Source: Nemertoderma westbladi | Taxonomy: Eukaryota > Animalia > Xenacoelomorpha | Direction of reading: 5' to 3' | DNA: 64,000 nt | Assembly (NCBI GenBank): GCA_032718475.1 | Contig: JAUCBJ010009143.1 | Location: 186,001 to 250,000, forward strand | In this document: positions 21,401 to 33,500 of the stretch, piece by piece | Layout: each line of letters opens with the position of its first letter | How positions within the stretch are numbered: position 1 is the first letter of the stretch | Notes under the pieces: generated by a model | What the model was told of the DNA's origin: nothing | The model's input: only the letters and a program-made list of their open reading frames with translations | Database searches by the model: none | Program-made: the position numbers and the translations under genes

Positions 21401-24400
21401 CTTCTACTTCCGCACACTCGAAGCCTCACCACCTGGCCAGCAGCACTCCAGATTAATTTATCTTCTACTTCAACTGGGCCACCAGATCTCACTATTAATC
21501 TACCCTCTACTTTCGCACACTCGAAGCCTCATCCACTGGGCCAGCAGCACTCCAGATTAATTTATCTTCTACTTCAACTGGGCCTCCAGATCTCCCTATT
21601 AATCTACCTTCTACTTCCGCACACTCGAAGCCTCACCACCTGGCCAGCAGCACTCCAGATTAATATATCTTCTACTTCAACTGGGCCACCAGATCTCCCT
21701 ATTAATCCAACTTCTACTTCCGCACACTCAAAGCCTCACCACCTGGCCAGCAGCACTCCAGATTAATTTATCTTCTACTTCAACTGGGCCACCAGATCTC
21801 CCTATTAATCTACCTTCTACTTCCGCACACTCGAAGCCTCACCACCTGGCCAGCAGCACTCCAGATTAATTTATCTTCTACTTCAACTGGGCCACCAGCT
21901 CTCCCTATTAATCTACCTTCTACTTCCGCACACTCGAAGCCTCACCACCTGGCCAGCATCACTCCAGATTAATTTATCTTCTACTTCAACTGGACCACAA
22001 TATCTCCCTATTAATCTACCTTCTACTTCCGCACACTCGAAGCCTCACAACCTGGCCAGCAGCACTCCAGATTAATTTATCTTCTACTTCAACTGGGCCA
22101 CCAGATCTTCCTATTAATCTACCTTCTACTTCCGCACACTCGAAGCCTCACCACCTGGCCAGCAGCACTCCAGATTAATTTATCTTCTACTTCAACTGGG
22201 CCACCAGATCTCCCTATTAATCTACCTTCTACTTCCGCACACTCGAAGCCTCACCACCTGGCCAGCAGCACTCCAGATTAATTTATCTTCTACTTCAACT
22301 GGGCCACCAGATCTCCCTATTAATCTACCTTCTACTTCCGCACACTCGAAGCCTCACCACCTGGCCAGCAGCACTCCAGATTAATTTATCTTCTACTTCA
22401 ACTGGGCCACCAGATCTCCCTATTAATCCAACTTCTACTTCCGCACACTCGAGGCCTCATCAACTGGGTCAGCAGCACTCCAGATTAATTTATCTTCTAC
22501 TTCAACTGGGCCACCACATCTCCCAATTAATCCAACTTCTACTTCCGCACACTCGAAGCCTCATCAACTGGGCCAGCAGCACTCCAGATTAATTTATCTT
22601 CTACTTCAACTGGGCCTCCAGATCTCCCGATTAATCCAACTTCTACTTCCGCACACTCGAAGCCTCACCACCTGGCCAGCAGCACTCCAGATTAATTTAT
22701 CTTCTACTTCAACTGGGCCACCAGATCTCCCGATTAATCCAACTTCTACTTCCGAACACTCGAAGCCTCACCACCTGGCCAGCAGCACTCCAGATTAATT
22801 TATCTTCTACTTCAACTGGGCCACCAGATCTCCCGATTAATCCAACCTCTACTTTCGCACACTCGAAGCCTCATCAACTGGGCCAGCAGCACTCCAGATT
22901 AATTTATCTTCTACTTCAACTGGTCCTCCAGATCTCCCTATTAATCTACCTTCTACTTCTGCACACTCGAAGCCTCACCACCTGGCCAGCAGCACTCCAG
23001 ATTAAAATATCTTCTACTTCAACTGGGCCACCAGATCTCCCTATTAATCCAACTTCTACTTCCGCACACTCGAAGCCTCACCACCTGGCCAGCAGCACTC
23101 CAGATTAATTTATCTTCTACTTCAATTGGGCCACCAGATCTCCCTATTAATCCAACCTCTACTTTCGCACACTCGAAGCCTCATCCACTGGGCCAGCAGC
23201 ACTCCAGATTAATTGATCTTCTACTTCAACTGGGCCTCCAGATCTCCCTATTAATCTACCTTCTACTTCCGCACACTCGAAGCCTCACCACCTGGCCAGC
23301 AGCACTCCAGATTAATTTACCTTCTACTTCAACTGGGCCACCAGATCTCCCGATTAATCTAACTTCTACTTCCGCACACTCGAAGCCTCATCAACTGGGC
23401 CAGCAGCACTCCAGATTAATTTATCTTCTACTTCAACTGGGCCACCAGATCTCCCTATTAATCTACCTTCTACTTCCGCACACTCGAAGCCTCACCACCT
23501 GGCCAGCATCACTCCAGATTAATTTATCTTCTACTTCAACTGGGCCACCAGATCTCCCGATTAATCCAACTTCTACTTCCGCACACTCGAAGCCTCTCCA
23601 CCTGGCCAGCAGCACTCCAGATTAATTTATCTTCTACTTCAACTGGGCCACCAGATCTCCCTATTAATCTACCTTCTACTTCCGCACACTCGAAGCCTCA
23701 CCACCTGGCCAGCAGCACTCCAGATTAATTTATCTTCTACTTCAACTGGGCCACAATATCTCCCTATTAATCTACCTTCTACTTCCGCACACTCGAAGCC
23801 TCACCACCTGGCCAGCAGCACTCCAGATTAATTTATCTTCTACTTCCGCACACTCGAAGCCTCACCACCTGGCCAGCAGCACTCCAGATTAATTTATCTT
23901 CTACTTCAACTGGGCCACAATATCTACCTATTAATCTACCTTCTACTTCCGCACACTCGAAGCCTCACCACCTGGCCAGCAGCACTCCAGATTAATTTAT
24001 CTTCTACTTCAACTGGGCCACCAGATCTCCCGATTAATCCAACTTCTACTTCCGAACACTCGAAGCCTCACCACCTGGCCAGCAGCACTCCAGATTAATT
24101 TATCTTCTACTTCAACTGGGCCACCAGATCTCCCGATTAATCCAACCTCTACTTTCGCACACTCGAAGCCTCATCAACTGGGCCAGCAGCACTCCAGATT
24201 AATTTATCTTCTACTTCAACTGGTCCTCCAGATCTCCCTATTAATCTACCTTCTACTTCTGCACACTCGAAGCCTCACCACCTGGCCAGCAGCACTCCAG
24301 ATTAAAATATCTTCTACTTCAACTGGGCCACCAGATCTCCCTATTAATCCAACTTCTACTTCCGCACACTCGAAGCCTCACCACCTGGCCAGCAGCACTC

Positions 24401-25515
24401 CAGATTAATTTATCTTCTACTTCAATTGGGCCACCAGATCTCCCTATTAATCCAACCTCTACTTTCGCACACTCGAAGCCTCATCCACTGGGCCAGCAGC
24501 ACTCCAGATTAATTGATCTTCTACTTCAACTGGGCCTCCAGATCTCCCTATTAATCTACCTTCTACTTCCGCACACTCGAAGCCTCACCACCTGGCCAGC
24601 AGCACTCCAGATTAATTTACCTTCTACTTCAACTGGGCCACCAGATCTCCCGATTAATCTAACTTCTACTTCCGCACACTCGAAGCCTCATCAACTGGGC
24701 CAGCAGCACTCCAGATTAATTTATCTTCTACTTCAACTGGGCCACCAGATCTCCCTATTAATCTACCTTCTACTTCCGCACACTCGAAGCCTCACCACCT
24801 GGCCAGCATCACTCCAGATTAATTTATCTTCTACTTCAACTGGGCCACCAGATCTCCCGATTAATCCAACTTCTACTTCCGCACACTCGAAGCCTCTCCA
24901 CCTGGCCAGCAGCACTCCAGATTAATTTATCTTCTACTTCAACTGGGCCACCAGATCTCCCTATTAATCTACCTTCTACTTCCGCACACTCGAAGCCTCA
25001 CCACCTGGCCAGCAGCACTCCAGATTAATTTATCTTCTACTTCAACTGGGCCACAATATCTCCCTATTAATCTACCTTCTACTTCCGCACACTCGAAGCC
25101 TCACCACCTGGCCAGCAGCACTCCAGATTAATTTATCTTCTACTTCCGCACACTCGAAGCCTCACCACCTGGCCAGCAGCACTCCAGATTAATTTATCTT
25201 CTACTTCAACTGGGCCACAATATCTACCTATTAATCTACCTTCTACTTCCGCACACTCGAAGCCTCACCACCTGGCCAGCAGCACTCCAGATTAATTTAT
25301 CTTCTACTTCAACTGGGCTACCAGATCTCCCTATTAATCTACCTTCTACTTCCGCACACTCGAAGCCTCACCACCTGGCCAGCAGCACTCCAGATTAATT
25401 TATCTTCTACTTCAACTGGGCCACAATATCTCCCTATTAATCTACCTTCTACTTCCGCACACTCGAAGCCTCACCACCTGGCCAGCAGCACTCCAGATTA
25501 ATTTATCTTCTACTT
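15423..25515 (+). repeat. 103-bp satellite array, segment 2
   Basis: Same monomer and orientation; contains 1236-bp and 1300-bp duplications and two 61-bp short monomers. Confidence 0.99.
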
Positions 25516-27531
25516 GTTCTGACTGTTTCTGCAGCTGCAGAAACAGTTCCTGTATACCCTCGAAACAGGAAAAGGGCCCCCTGGACTGACAACAAAATTC
25601 AGAAGTGCCGAAATGACCTTCATAAGGCGCAGAAAGAGTCCCGACTCAAACAGACTACAGCGGCCAAGAATGCAGTTAAAGCTGCATCTAGGTCCCTGAA
25701 CAGGCAGTACTCTGTTAATCTACAGGAGCTAATAAACCAACAGGTTGATGCCATCAATGATGCTGACGACAGCAGGCAATCATCCCAGGCATGGAAATCG
25801 ATCAATCTGCTTACTGGGCGGAAAAGCCAACCAACCACCAAGGTTAAGGCTGAATCACCAGCCGATCGCCTCAATGGTTGGAAAGCCCACTTTGAAAAGC
25901 TCCTCAATAATGACAGGGTATTGCCTGATAACTTTATAGAAGTAAAAGTGTCTGAGTCTGTACTCCCAGATATTCCCATTGGCGATATCTCCTTTGCAGA
26001 AGTGAAGGCTGCTGCAAAGAGCATTAAGACCAATCGTGCCAGTGGAGTAGATGGTGTTCCCCCTGAGGTCTTTAAAATACCTGAGTGTTTAAAGCTCATC
26101 TATCCCATCATAGTAGACATGTACCGTACAACAAGAGTCCCACAAGAAATGAAAACAAATAAGTTGGTGCCAGTTCCCAAGAAGGGCAACCTAACACTCT
26201 ATGGTTCTTTTCGGGGAATCTCATTGATCTCGATTGCTGCAAAACTATACAATAGAATTCTATTAAATCGCATCAGGGATCCCATTGAGAGACTGCTACG
26301 TGGAAATCAGAATGGGTTCCGTAAAGGTCGTGGGACCATGGAGCCCATTTTGGCACTTAGAAGGATAATTGAAGAGTTATCAAAAAAGAAAGACAGGCAT
26401 CTGGCTGTTATCTTTGTTGACTTCTTCAAGGCCTTTGATTCAGTCTCTCGCTCACGTATGTTCAGCATACTTTCATTATATGGGATTCCTGATGAAATTA
26501 TTGCAGCAATCAGATCAGTATACGATGGTTCGACAACATTTGTGTCTACTGTTGACGGTGACACAGAACCATTTGAAGTGTTATGGGGCGTCCTCCAAGG
26601 AGACACACTTGCACCATTCTTGTTCATTATTGTGGTTGACTATGTTCTACGCATGTCCTTAGATCATCATAATGATGATGGGGTGATGATAACTCCACCT
26701 ACTGGCTCCAGAAGTCGAGGAAATCCTGCCAAGTACCTAACTGATCTAGACTTTGCTGATGACTTAGGAGTACTCTCAGAATCATTAGAGGGAGCCCAGC
26801 GGCTCCTCAGCTCATTAGAACATGCTGCTTCTAGTGTTGGTCTTTTTATTAACTCCAGAAAGACCAAAATTCTGACAGTTAACTTTGAAAGTCCTCAGCA
26901 AGTCTCTGATCGGATGAGCATAAGCTCAAAGGATGGTATGCTTGAGCATGTGGACGACTTCTGTTACCTGGGATCATGGATCCGGAAGTCAGGTGAGGAC
27001 CTTCGAATACGTAAGGGAAAGGCATGGGCAGCCTTGAATAGGCTTTCCAGGATTTGGAAGTCACCTAGAATTAATCGGAAACTTAAGGTCCGATTATTTA
27101 GAGCAGCAGTAGTTCCAGTACTCCTCTACGGGAGTCCATGCTGGGCTCTAACTGCTGAGGACACCAAATCTCTGGATGGCACATTCACAAGAATGCTACG
27201 CCGGGTACATTGTGTCAAGTACAATGCACACATCTCCAACCAGACACTATATAACATTGGAGGTGTCTCATTGGTTCCCCCAAGCTTGACACTAGAACAA
27301 AATCGCCTCTGCTTTGCAGGACATTGCTTTCGCCGTGAGGACCAGCCAGTGCATAATCTTGTACTTTGGCAGCCTCATGGAGTGAATAAGCATGGTGGAC
27401 AGCCCATGACTTTCTTGAGACGCATCTTAAAGGACACTGGCCTTAAAGATGCGGATGATCTAGCAAATGTCATGGGTGATAGGGAGTTGTGGCGGTGCAA
27501 TTTTGTTGACAAGCCGGCACAGCATTCTTAA
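25516..27531 (+). CDS. LINE reverse transcriptase ORF, N-terminally truncated (endonuclease domain missing)
   Basis: The frame of the 25921-27531 ORF stays open back to the insertion junction (VLTVSAAAETVPVYPRNRKRAPWTD...AWKSINLLTGRK...WKAHFEKLLN). RT motifs: FRGISLIS, QNGFRKGR, FVDFFKAFDS, GVLQGDTLAPFLF, FADD, YLGS. No genuine start codon is present. Confidence 0.9.
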   Translation, partial: VLTVSAAAETVPVYPRNRKRAPWTDNKIQKCRNDLHKAQKESRLKQTTAAKNAVKAASRSLNRQYSVNLQELINQQVDAINDADDSRQSSQAWKSINLLTGRKSQPTTKVKAESPADRLNGWKAHFEKLLNNDRVLPDNFIEVKVSESVLPDIPIGDISFAEVKAAAKSIKTNRASGVDGVPPEVFKIPECLKLIYPIIVDMYRTTRVPQEMKTNKLVPVPKKGNLTLYGSFRGISLISIAAKLYNRILLNRIRDPIERLLRGNQNGFRKGRGTMEPILALRRIIEELSKKKDRHLAVIFVDFFKAFDSVSRSRMFSILSLYGIPDEIIAAIRSVYDGSTTFVSTVDGDTEPFEVLWGVLQGDTLAPFLFIIVVDYVLRMSLDHHNDDGVMITPPTGSRSRGNPAKYLTDLDFADDLGVLSESLEGAQRLLSSLEHAASSVGLFINSRKTKILTVNFESPQQVSDRMSISSKDGMLEHVDDFCYLGSWIRKSGEDLRIRKGKAWAALNRLSRIWKSPRINRKLKVRLFRAAVVPVLLYGSPCWALTAEDTKSLDGTFTRMLRRVHCVKYNAHISNQTLYNIGGVSLVPPSLTLEQNRLCFAGHCFRREDQPVHNLVLWQPHGVNKHGGQPMTFLRRILKDTGLKDADDLANVMGDRELWRCNFVDKPAQHS

Positions 27532-27566
27532 AAATGCAGCTGCAATGCAGCATGCCGATCCTAGTA
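25516..27566 (+). mobile_element. 5'-truncated non-LTR retrotransposon (RTE-clade LINE), 2051 bp
   Basis: Non-LTR RT ORF, ~30-nt 3' UTR ending CCTAGTA, flanked by an 11-bp TSD ATCTTCTACTT (25505-25515 and 27567-27577). The RTE clade is inferred from LDFADD, LLYGSPCW, LDGTFTRMLR, FAGHCFRR, MGDRELWR and the microsatellite tail. Confidence 0.93.
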
Positions 27567-30500
27567 ATCTTCTACTTCAACTGGGCTACCAGATCTCCCT
27601 ATTAATCTACCTTCTACTTCCGCACACTCGAAGCCTCACCACCTGGCCAGCAGCACTCCAGATTAATTTATCTTCTACTTCAACTGGGCTACCAGATCTC
27701 CCTATTAATCTACCTTCTACTTCCGCACACTCGAAGCCTCACCACCTGGCCAGCAGCACTCCAGATTAATTTATCTTCTACTTCAACTGGGCCACCAGAT
27801 CTCCCTAATAATCTACCTTCTACTTCCGCACACTCGAAGCCTCACCACCTGGCCAGCAGCACTACAGATTAATTTATCTTCTACTTCAACTGGGCCACCA
27901 GATCTCCCTATTAATCTACCTTCTACTTCCGCACACTCGAAGCCTCACCACCTGGCCAGCAGCACTCCAGATTAATTTATCTTCTACTTCAACTGGGCCT
28001 CTAGATCTCCCGATTAATCCAACTTCTACTTCCGCACACTCGAAGCCTCACCACCTGGCCAGCAGCACTCCAGATTAATTTATCTTCTACTTCAACTGGG
28101 CCTCTAGATCTCCCGATTAATCCAACTTCTACTTCCGCACACTCGAAGCCTCACCACCTGGCCAGCAGCACTCCAGATTAATTTATCTTCTACTTCAACT
28201 GGGCCACCAGATCTCCCGAATAATCCAACTTCTACTTCCGCACACTCGAAGCCTCACCACCTGGCCAGCAGCACTCCAGATTAATTTATCTTCTACTTCA
28301 ACTGGGCCACCAGATCTCCCAATTAATCCAACTTCTACTTCCGCACACTCGAAGCCTCACCACCTGGCCAGCAGCACTCCAGATTAATTTATCTTCTACT
28401 TCAACTGGGCCACCAGATCTCCCTATTAATCTACCTTCTACTTCCGCACACTCGAAGCCTCACCACCTGGCCAGCAGCACTGCAGATTAATTTATCTTCT
28501 ACTTCAAATGGGCCACCAGATCTCCCTATTAATCTACCTTCTACTTCCGCACACTCGAAGCCTCACCACCTGGCCAGCAGCACTCCAGATTAATTTATCT
28601 TCTACTTCAACTGGGCCACCAGATCTCCCTATTAATCTACCTTCTACTTCCGCACACTCGAAGCCTCACCACCTGGCCAGCAGCACTGCAGATTAATTTA
28701 TCTTCTACTTCAACTGGGCCACCAGATCTCCCTATTAATCTACCTTCTACTTCCGCACACTCGAAGCCTCACCACCTGGCCAGCAGCACTCCAGATTAAT
28801 TTATCTTCTACTTCAACTGGGCTACCAGATCTCCCTATTAATCTACCTTCTACTTCCGCACACTCGAAGCCTCACCACCTGGCCAGCAGCACTCCAGATT
28901 AATTTATCTTCTACTTCAACTGGGCCACCAGATCTCCCTAATAATCTACCTTCTACTTCCGCACACTCGAAGCCTCACCACCTGGCCAGCAGCACTCCAG
29001 ATTAATTTATCTTCTACTTCAACTGGGCCACCAGATCTCCCAATTAATCCAACTTCTACTTCCGCACACTCGAAGCCTCACCATCTGGCCAGCAGCACTC
29101 CAGATTAATTTATCTTCTACTTCAACTGGGCCACCAGATCTCCCGATTAATCCAACTTCTACTTCCGCACACTCGAAGCCTCACCACCTGGCCAGCAGCA
29201 CTCCAGATTAATTTATCTTCTACTTCAACTGGGCCACCAGATCTCCCTATTAATCTACCTTCTACTTCCGCACACTCGAAGCCTCATCAACTGGGCCAGC
29301 AGCACTCCAGATTAATTTATCTTCTACTTCAACTAGGCCACCAGATCTCAATATTATTCTACCTTCTACTTCCGCACACTCGAGGCCTCAACAACTGGGT
29401 CAGCAGCACTCCAGATTAATTTATCTTCTACTTCAACTGGGCCACCAGATCTCCCTATTAATCTACCTTCTACTTCCGCACACTCGAAGCCTCACCACCT
29501 GGCCAGCAGCACTCCAGATTAATTTATCTTCTACTTCAACTGGGCCACCAGATCTCCCTATTAATCTACCTTCTACTTCCGCACACTCGAAGCCTCACCA
29601 CCTGGCCAGCAGCACTCCAGATTAATTTATCTTCTACTTCAACTGGGCCTCCAGTCTCCCTATTAATCTACCTTCTACTTCCGCACACTCGAAGCCTCAC
29701 CACCTGGCCAGCAGCACTCCAGATTAATTTATCTTCTACTTCAACTGGGCCACCAGATCTCCCAATTAATCCAACTTCTACTTCCGCACACTCGAAGCCT
29801 CACCACCTGGCCAGCAGCACTCCAGATTAATTTATCTTCTACTTCAACTGGGCCACCAGATCTCCCGATTAATCAAACTTCTACTTCCGAACACTCGAAG
29901 CCTCACCACCTGGCCAGCAGCACTCCAGATTAATATATCTTCTACTTCAACTGGGCCACCAGATCTCCCTATTAATCCAACTTCTACTTCCGCACACTCG
30001 AAGCCTCACCACCTGGCCAGCAGCACTCCAGATTAATTTATCTTCTACTTCAACTAGGCCACCAGATCTCAATATTATTCTACCTTCTACTTCCGCACAC
30101 TCGAGGCCTCAACAACTGGGTCAGCAGCACTCCAGATTAATTTATCTTCTACTTCAACTGGGCCACCAGATCTCCCTATTAATCTACCTTCTACTTCCGC
30201 ACACTCGAAGCCTCACCACCTGGCCAGCGGCACTCCAGATTAATTTATCTTCTACTTCAACTGGGCCACCAGATCTCCCTATTAATCCAACTTCTACTTC
30301 CGCACACTCGAAGCCTCACCACCTGGCCAGCAGCACTCCAGATTAATTTATCTTCTACTTCAACTAGGCCACCAGATCTCAATATTATTCTACCTTCTAC
30401 TTCCGCACACTCGAGGCCTCAACAACTGGGTCAGCAGCACTCCAGATTAATTTATCTTCTACTTCAACTGGGCCACCAGATCTCCCTATTAATCTACCTT

Positions 30501-33500
30501 CTACTTCCGCACACTCGAAGCCTCACCACCTGGCCAGCAGCACTCCAGATTAATTTATCTTCTACTTCAACTGGGCCACCAGATCTCCCGATTAATCCAA
30601 CTTCTACTTCCGCACACTCGAAGCCTCACCACCTGGCCAGCAGCACTCCAGATTAATTTATCTTCTACTTCAACTGGGCTACCAGATCTCCCTATTAATC
30701 TACCTTCTACTTCCGCACACTCGAAGCCTCACCACCTGGCCAGCAGCACTCCAGATTAATTTATCTTCTACTTCAACTGGGCCACCAGATCTCCCTAATA
30801 ATCTACCTTCTACTTCCGCACACTCGAAGCCTCACCACCTGGCCAGCAGCACTCCAGATTAATTTATCTTCTACTTCAACTGGGCCACCAGATCTCCCAA
30901 TTAATCCAACTTCTACTTCCGCACACTCGAAGCCTCACCATCTGGCCAGCAGCACTCCAGATTAATTTATCTTCTACTTCAACTGGGCCACCAGATCTCC
31001 CGATTAATCCAACTTCTACTTCCGCACACTCGAAGCCTCACCACCTGGCCAGCAGCACTCCAGATTAATTTATCTTCTACTTCAACTGGGCCACCAGATC
31101 TCCCTATTAATCTACCTTCTACTTCCGCACACTCGAAGCCTCATCAACTGGGCCAGCAGCACTCCAGATTAATTTATCTTCTACTTCAACTAGGCCACCA
31201 GATCTCAATATTATTCTACCTTCTACTTCCGCACACTCGAGGCCTCAACAACTGGGTCAGCAGCACTCCAGATTAATTTATCTTCTACTTCAACTGGGCC
31301 ACCAGATCTCCCTATTAATCTACCTTCTACTTCCGCACACTCGAAGCCTCACCACCTGGCCAGCAGCACTCCAGATTAATTTATCTTCTACTTCAACTGG
31401 GCCACCAGATCTCCCTATTAATCTACCTTCTACTTCCGCACACTCGAAGCCTCACCACCTGGCCAGCAGCACTCCAGATTAATTTATCTTCTACTTCAAC
31501 TGGGCCTCCAGTCTCCCTATTAATCTACCTTCTACTTCCGCACACTCGAAGCCTCACCACCTGGCCAGCAGCACTCCAGATTAATTTATCTTCTACTTCA
31601 ACTGGGCCACCAGATCTCCCAATTAATCCAACTTCTACTTCCGCACACTCGAAGCCTCACCACCTGGCCAGCAGCACTCCAGATTAATTTATCTTCTACT
31701 TCAACTGGGCCACCAGATCTCCCGATTAATCAAACTTCTACTTCCGCACACTCGAAGCCTCACCACCTGGCCAGCAGCACTCCAGATTAATTTATCTTCT
31801 ACTTCAACTGGGCCACCAGATCTCCCTATTAATCCAACTTCTACTTCCGCACACTCGAAGCCTCACCACCTGGCCAGCAGCACTCCAGATTAATTTATCT
31901 TCTACTTCAACTAGGCCACCAGATCTCAATATTATTCTACCTTCTACTTCCGCACACTCGAGGCCTCAACAACTGGGTCAGCAGCACTCCAGATTAATTT
32001 ATCTTCTACTTCAACTGGGCCACCAGATCTCCCTATTAATCTACCTTCTACTTCCGCACACTCGAAGCCTCACCACCTGGCCAGCGGCACTCCAGATTAA
32101 TTTATCTTCTACTTCAACTGGGCCACCAGATCTCCCTATTAATCCAACTTCTACTTCCGCACACTCGAAGCCTCACCACCTGGCCAGCAGCACTCCAGAT
32201 TAATTTATCTTCTACTTCAACTAGGCCACCAGATCTCAATATTATTCTACCTTCTACTTCCGCACACTCGAGGCCTCAACAACTGGGTCAGCAGCACTCC
32301 AGATTAATTTATCTTCTACTTCAACTGGGCCACCAGATCTCCCTATTAATCTACCTTCTACTTCCGCACACTCGAAGCCTCACCACCTGGCCAGCAGCAC
32401 TCCAGATTAATTTATCTTCTACTTCAACTGGGCCACCAGATCTCCCTATTAATCTACCTTCTACTTCCGCACACTCGAAGCCTCACCACCTGGCCAGCAG
32501 CACTCCAGATTAATTTATCTTCTACTTCAACTGGGCCACCAGATCTCCATATTAATCTACCTTCTACTTCCGCACACTCGAAGCCTCACCACCTGGCCAG
32601 CAGCACTCCAGATTAATTTATCTTCTACTTCAACTGGGCCACCAGATCTCCCAATTAATCCAACTTCTACTTCCGCACACTCGAAGCCTCACCACCTGGC
32701 CAGCAGCACTCCAGATTAATTTATCTTCTACTTCAACTGGGCCACCAGATCTCCCTATTAATCCACCTTCTACTTCCGCACACTCGAAGCCTCACCACCT
32801 GGCCAGCAGCACTCCAGATTAATTTATCTTCTACTTCAACTGGGCCACCAGATCTCCCGATTAATCCAACTTCTACTTCCGCACACTCGAAGCCTCACCA
32901 CCTGGCCAGCAGCACTCCAGATTAATTTATCTTCTACTTCAACTGGGCCACCAGATCTCCATATTATTCTACCTTCTACTTCCGCACACTCGAAGCCTCA
33001 TCACCTGGCCAGCAGCACTCCAGATTAATTTATCTTCTACTTCAACTAGGCCACCAGATCTCAATATTATTCTACCTTCTACTTCCGCACACTCGAAGCC
33101 TCACCACCTGGCCAGCAGCACTCCAGATTAATTTATCTTCTACTTCAACTGGGCCACCAGATCTCCCAATTAATCCAACTTCTACTTCCGCACACTCGAA
33201 GCCTCACCACCTGGCCAGCAGCACTCCAGATTAATTTATCTTCTACTTCAACTGGGCCACCAGATCTCAATATTATTCTACCTTCTACTTCCGCACACTC
33301 GAAGCCTCACCACCTGGCCAGCAGCACTCCAGATTAATTTATCTTCTACTTCAACTGGGCCACCAGATCTCCCTATTAATCTACCTTCTACTTCCGCACA
33401 CTCGAAGCCTCACCACCTGGCCAGCAGCACTCCAGATTAATTTATCTTCTACTTCAACTGGGCCACCAGATCTCCATATTATTCTACCTTCTACTTCCGC

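Noticed and set aside
25620-27769. Antisense and overlapping ORFs in the LINE, and the LINE-satellite fusion ORF 27467-27769
   Set aside because: By-products of the RT frame and of stop-poor satellite frames; no independent support.
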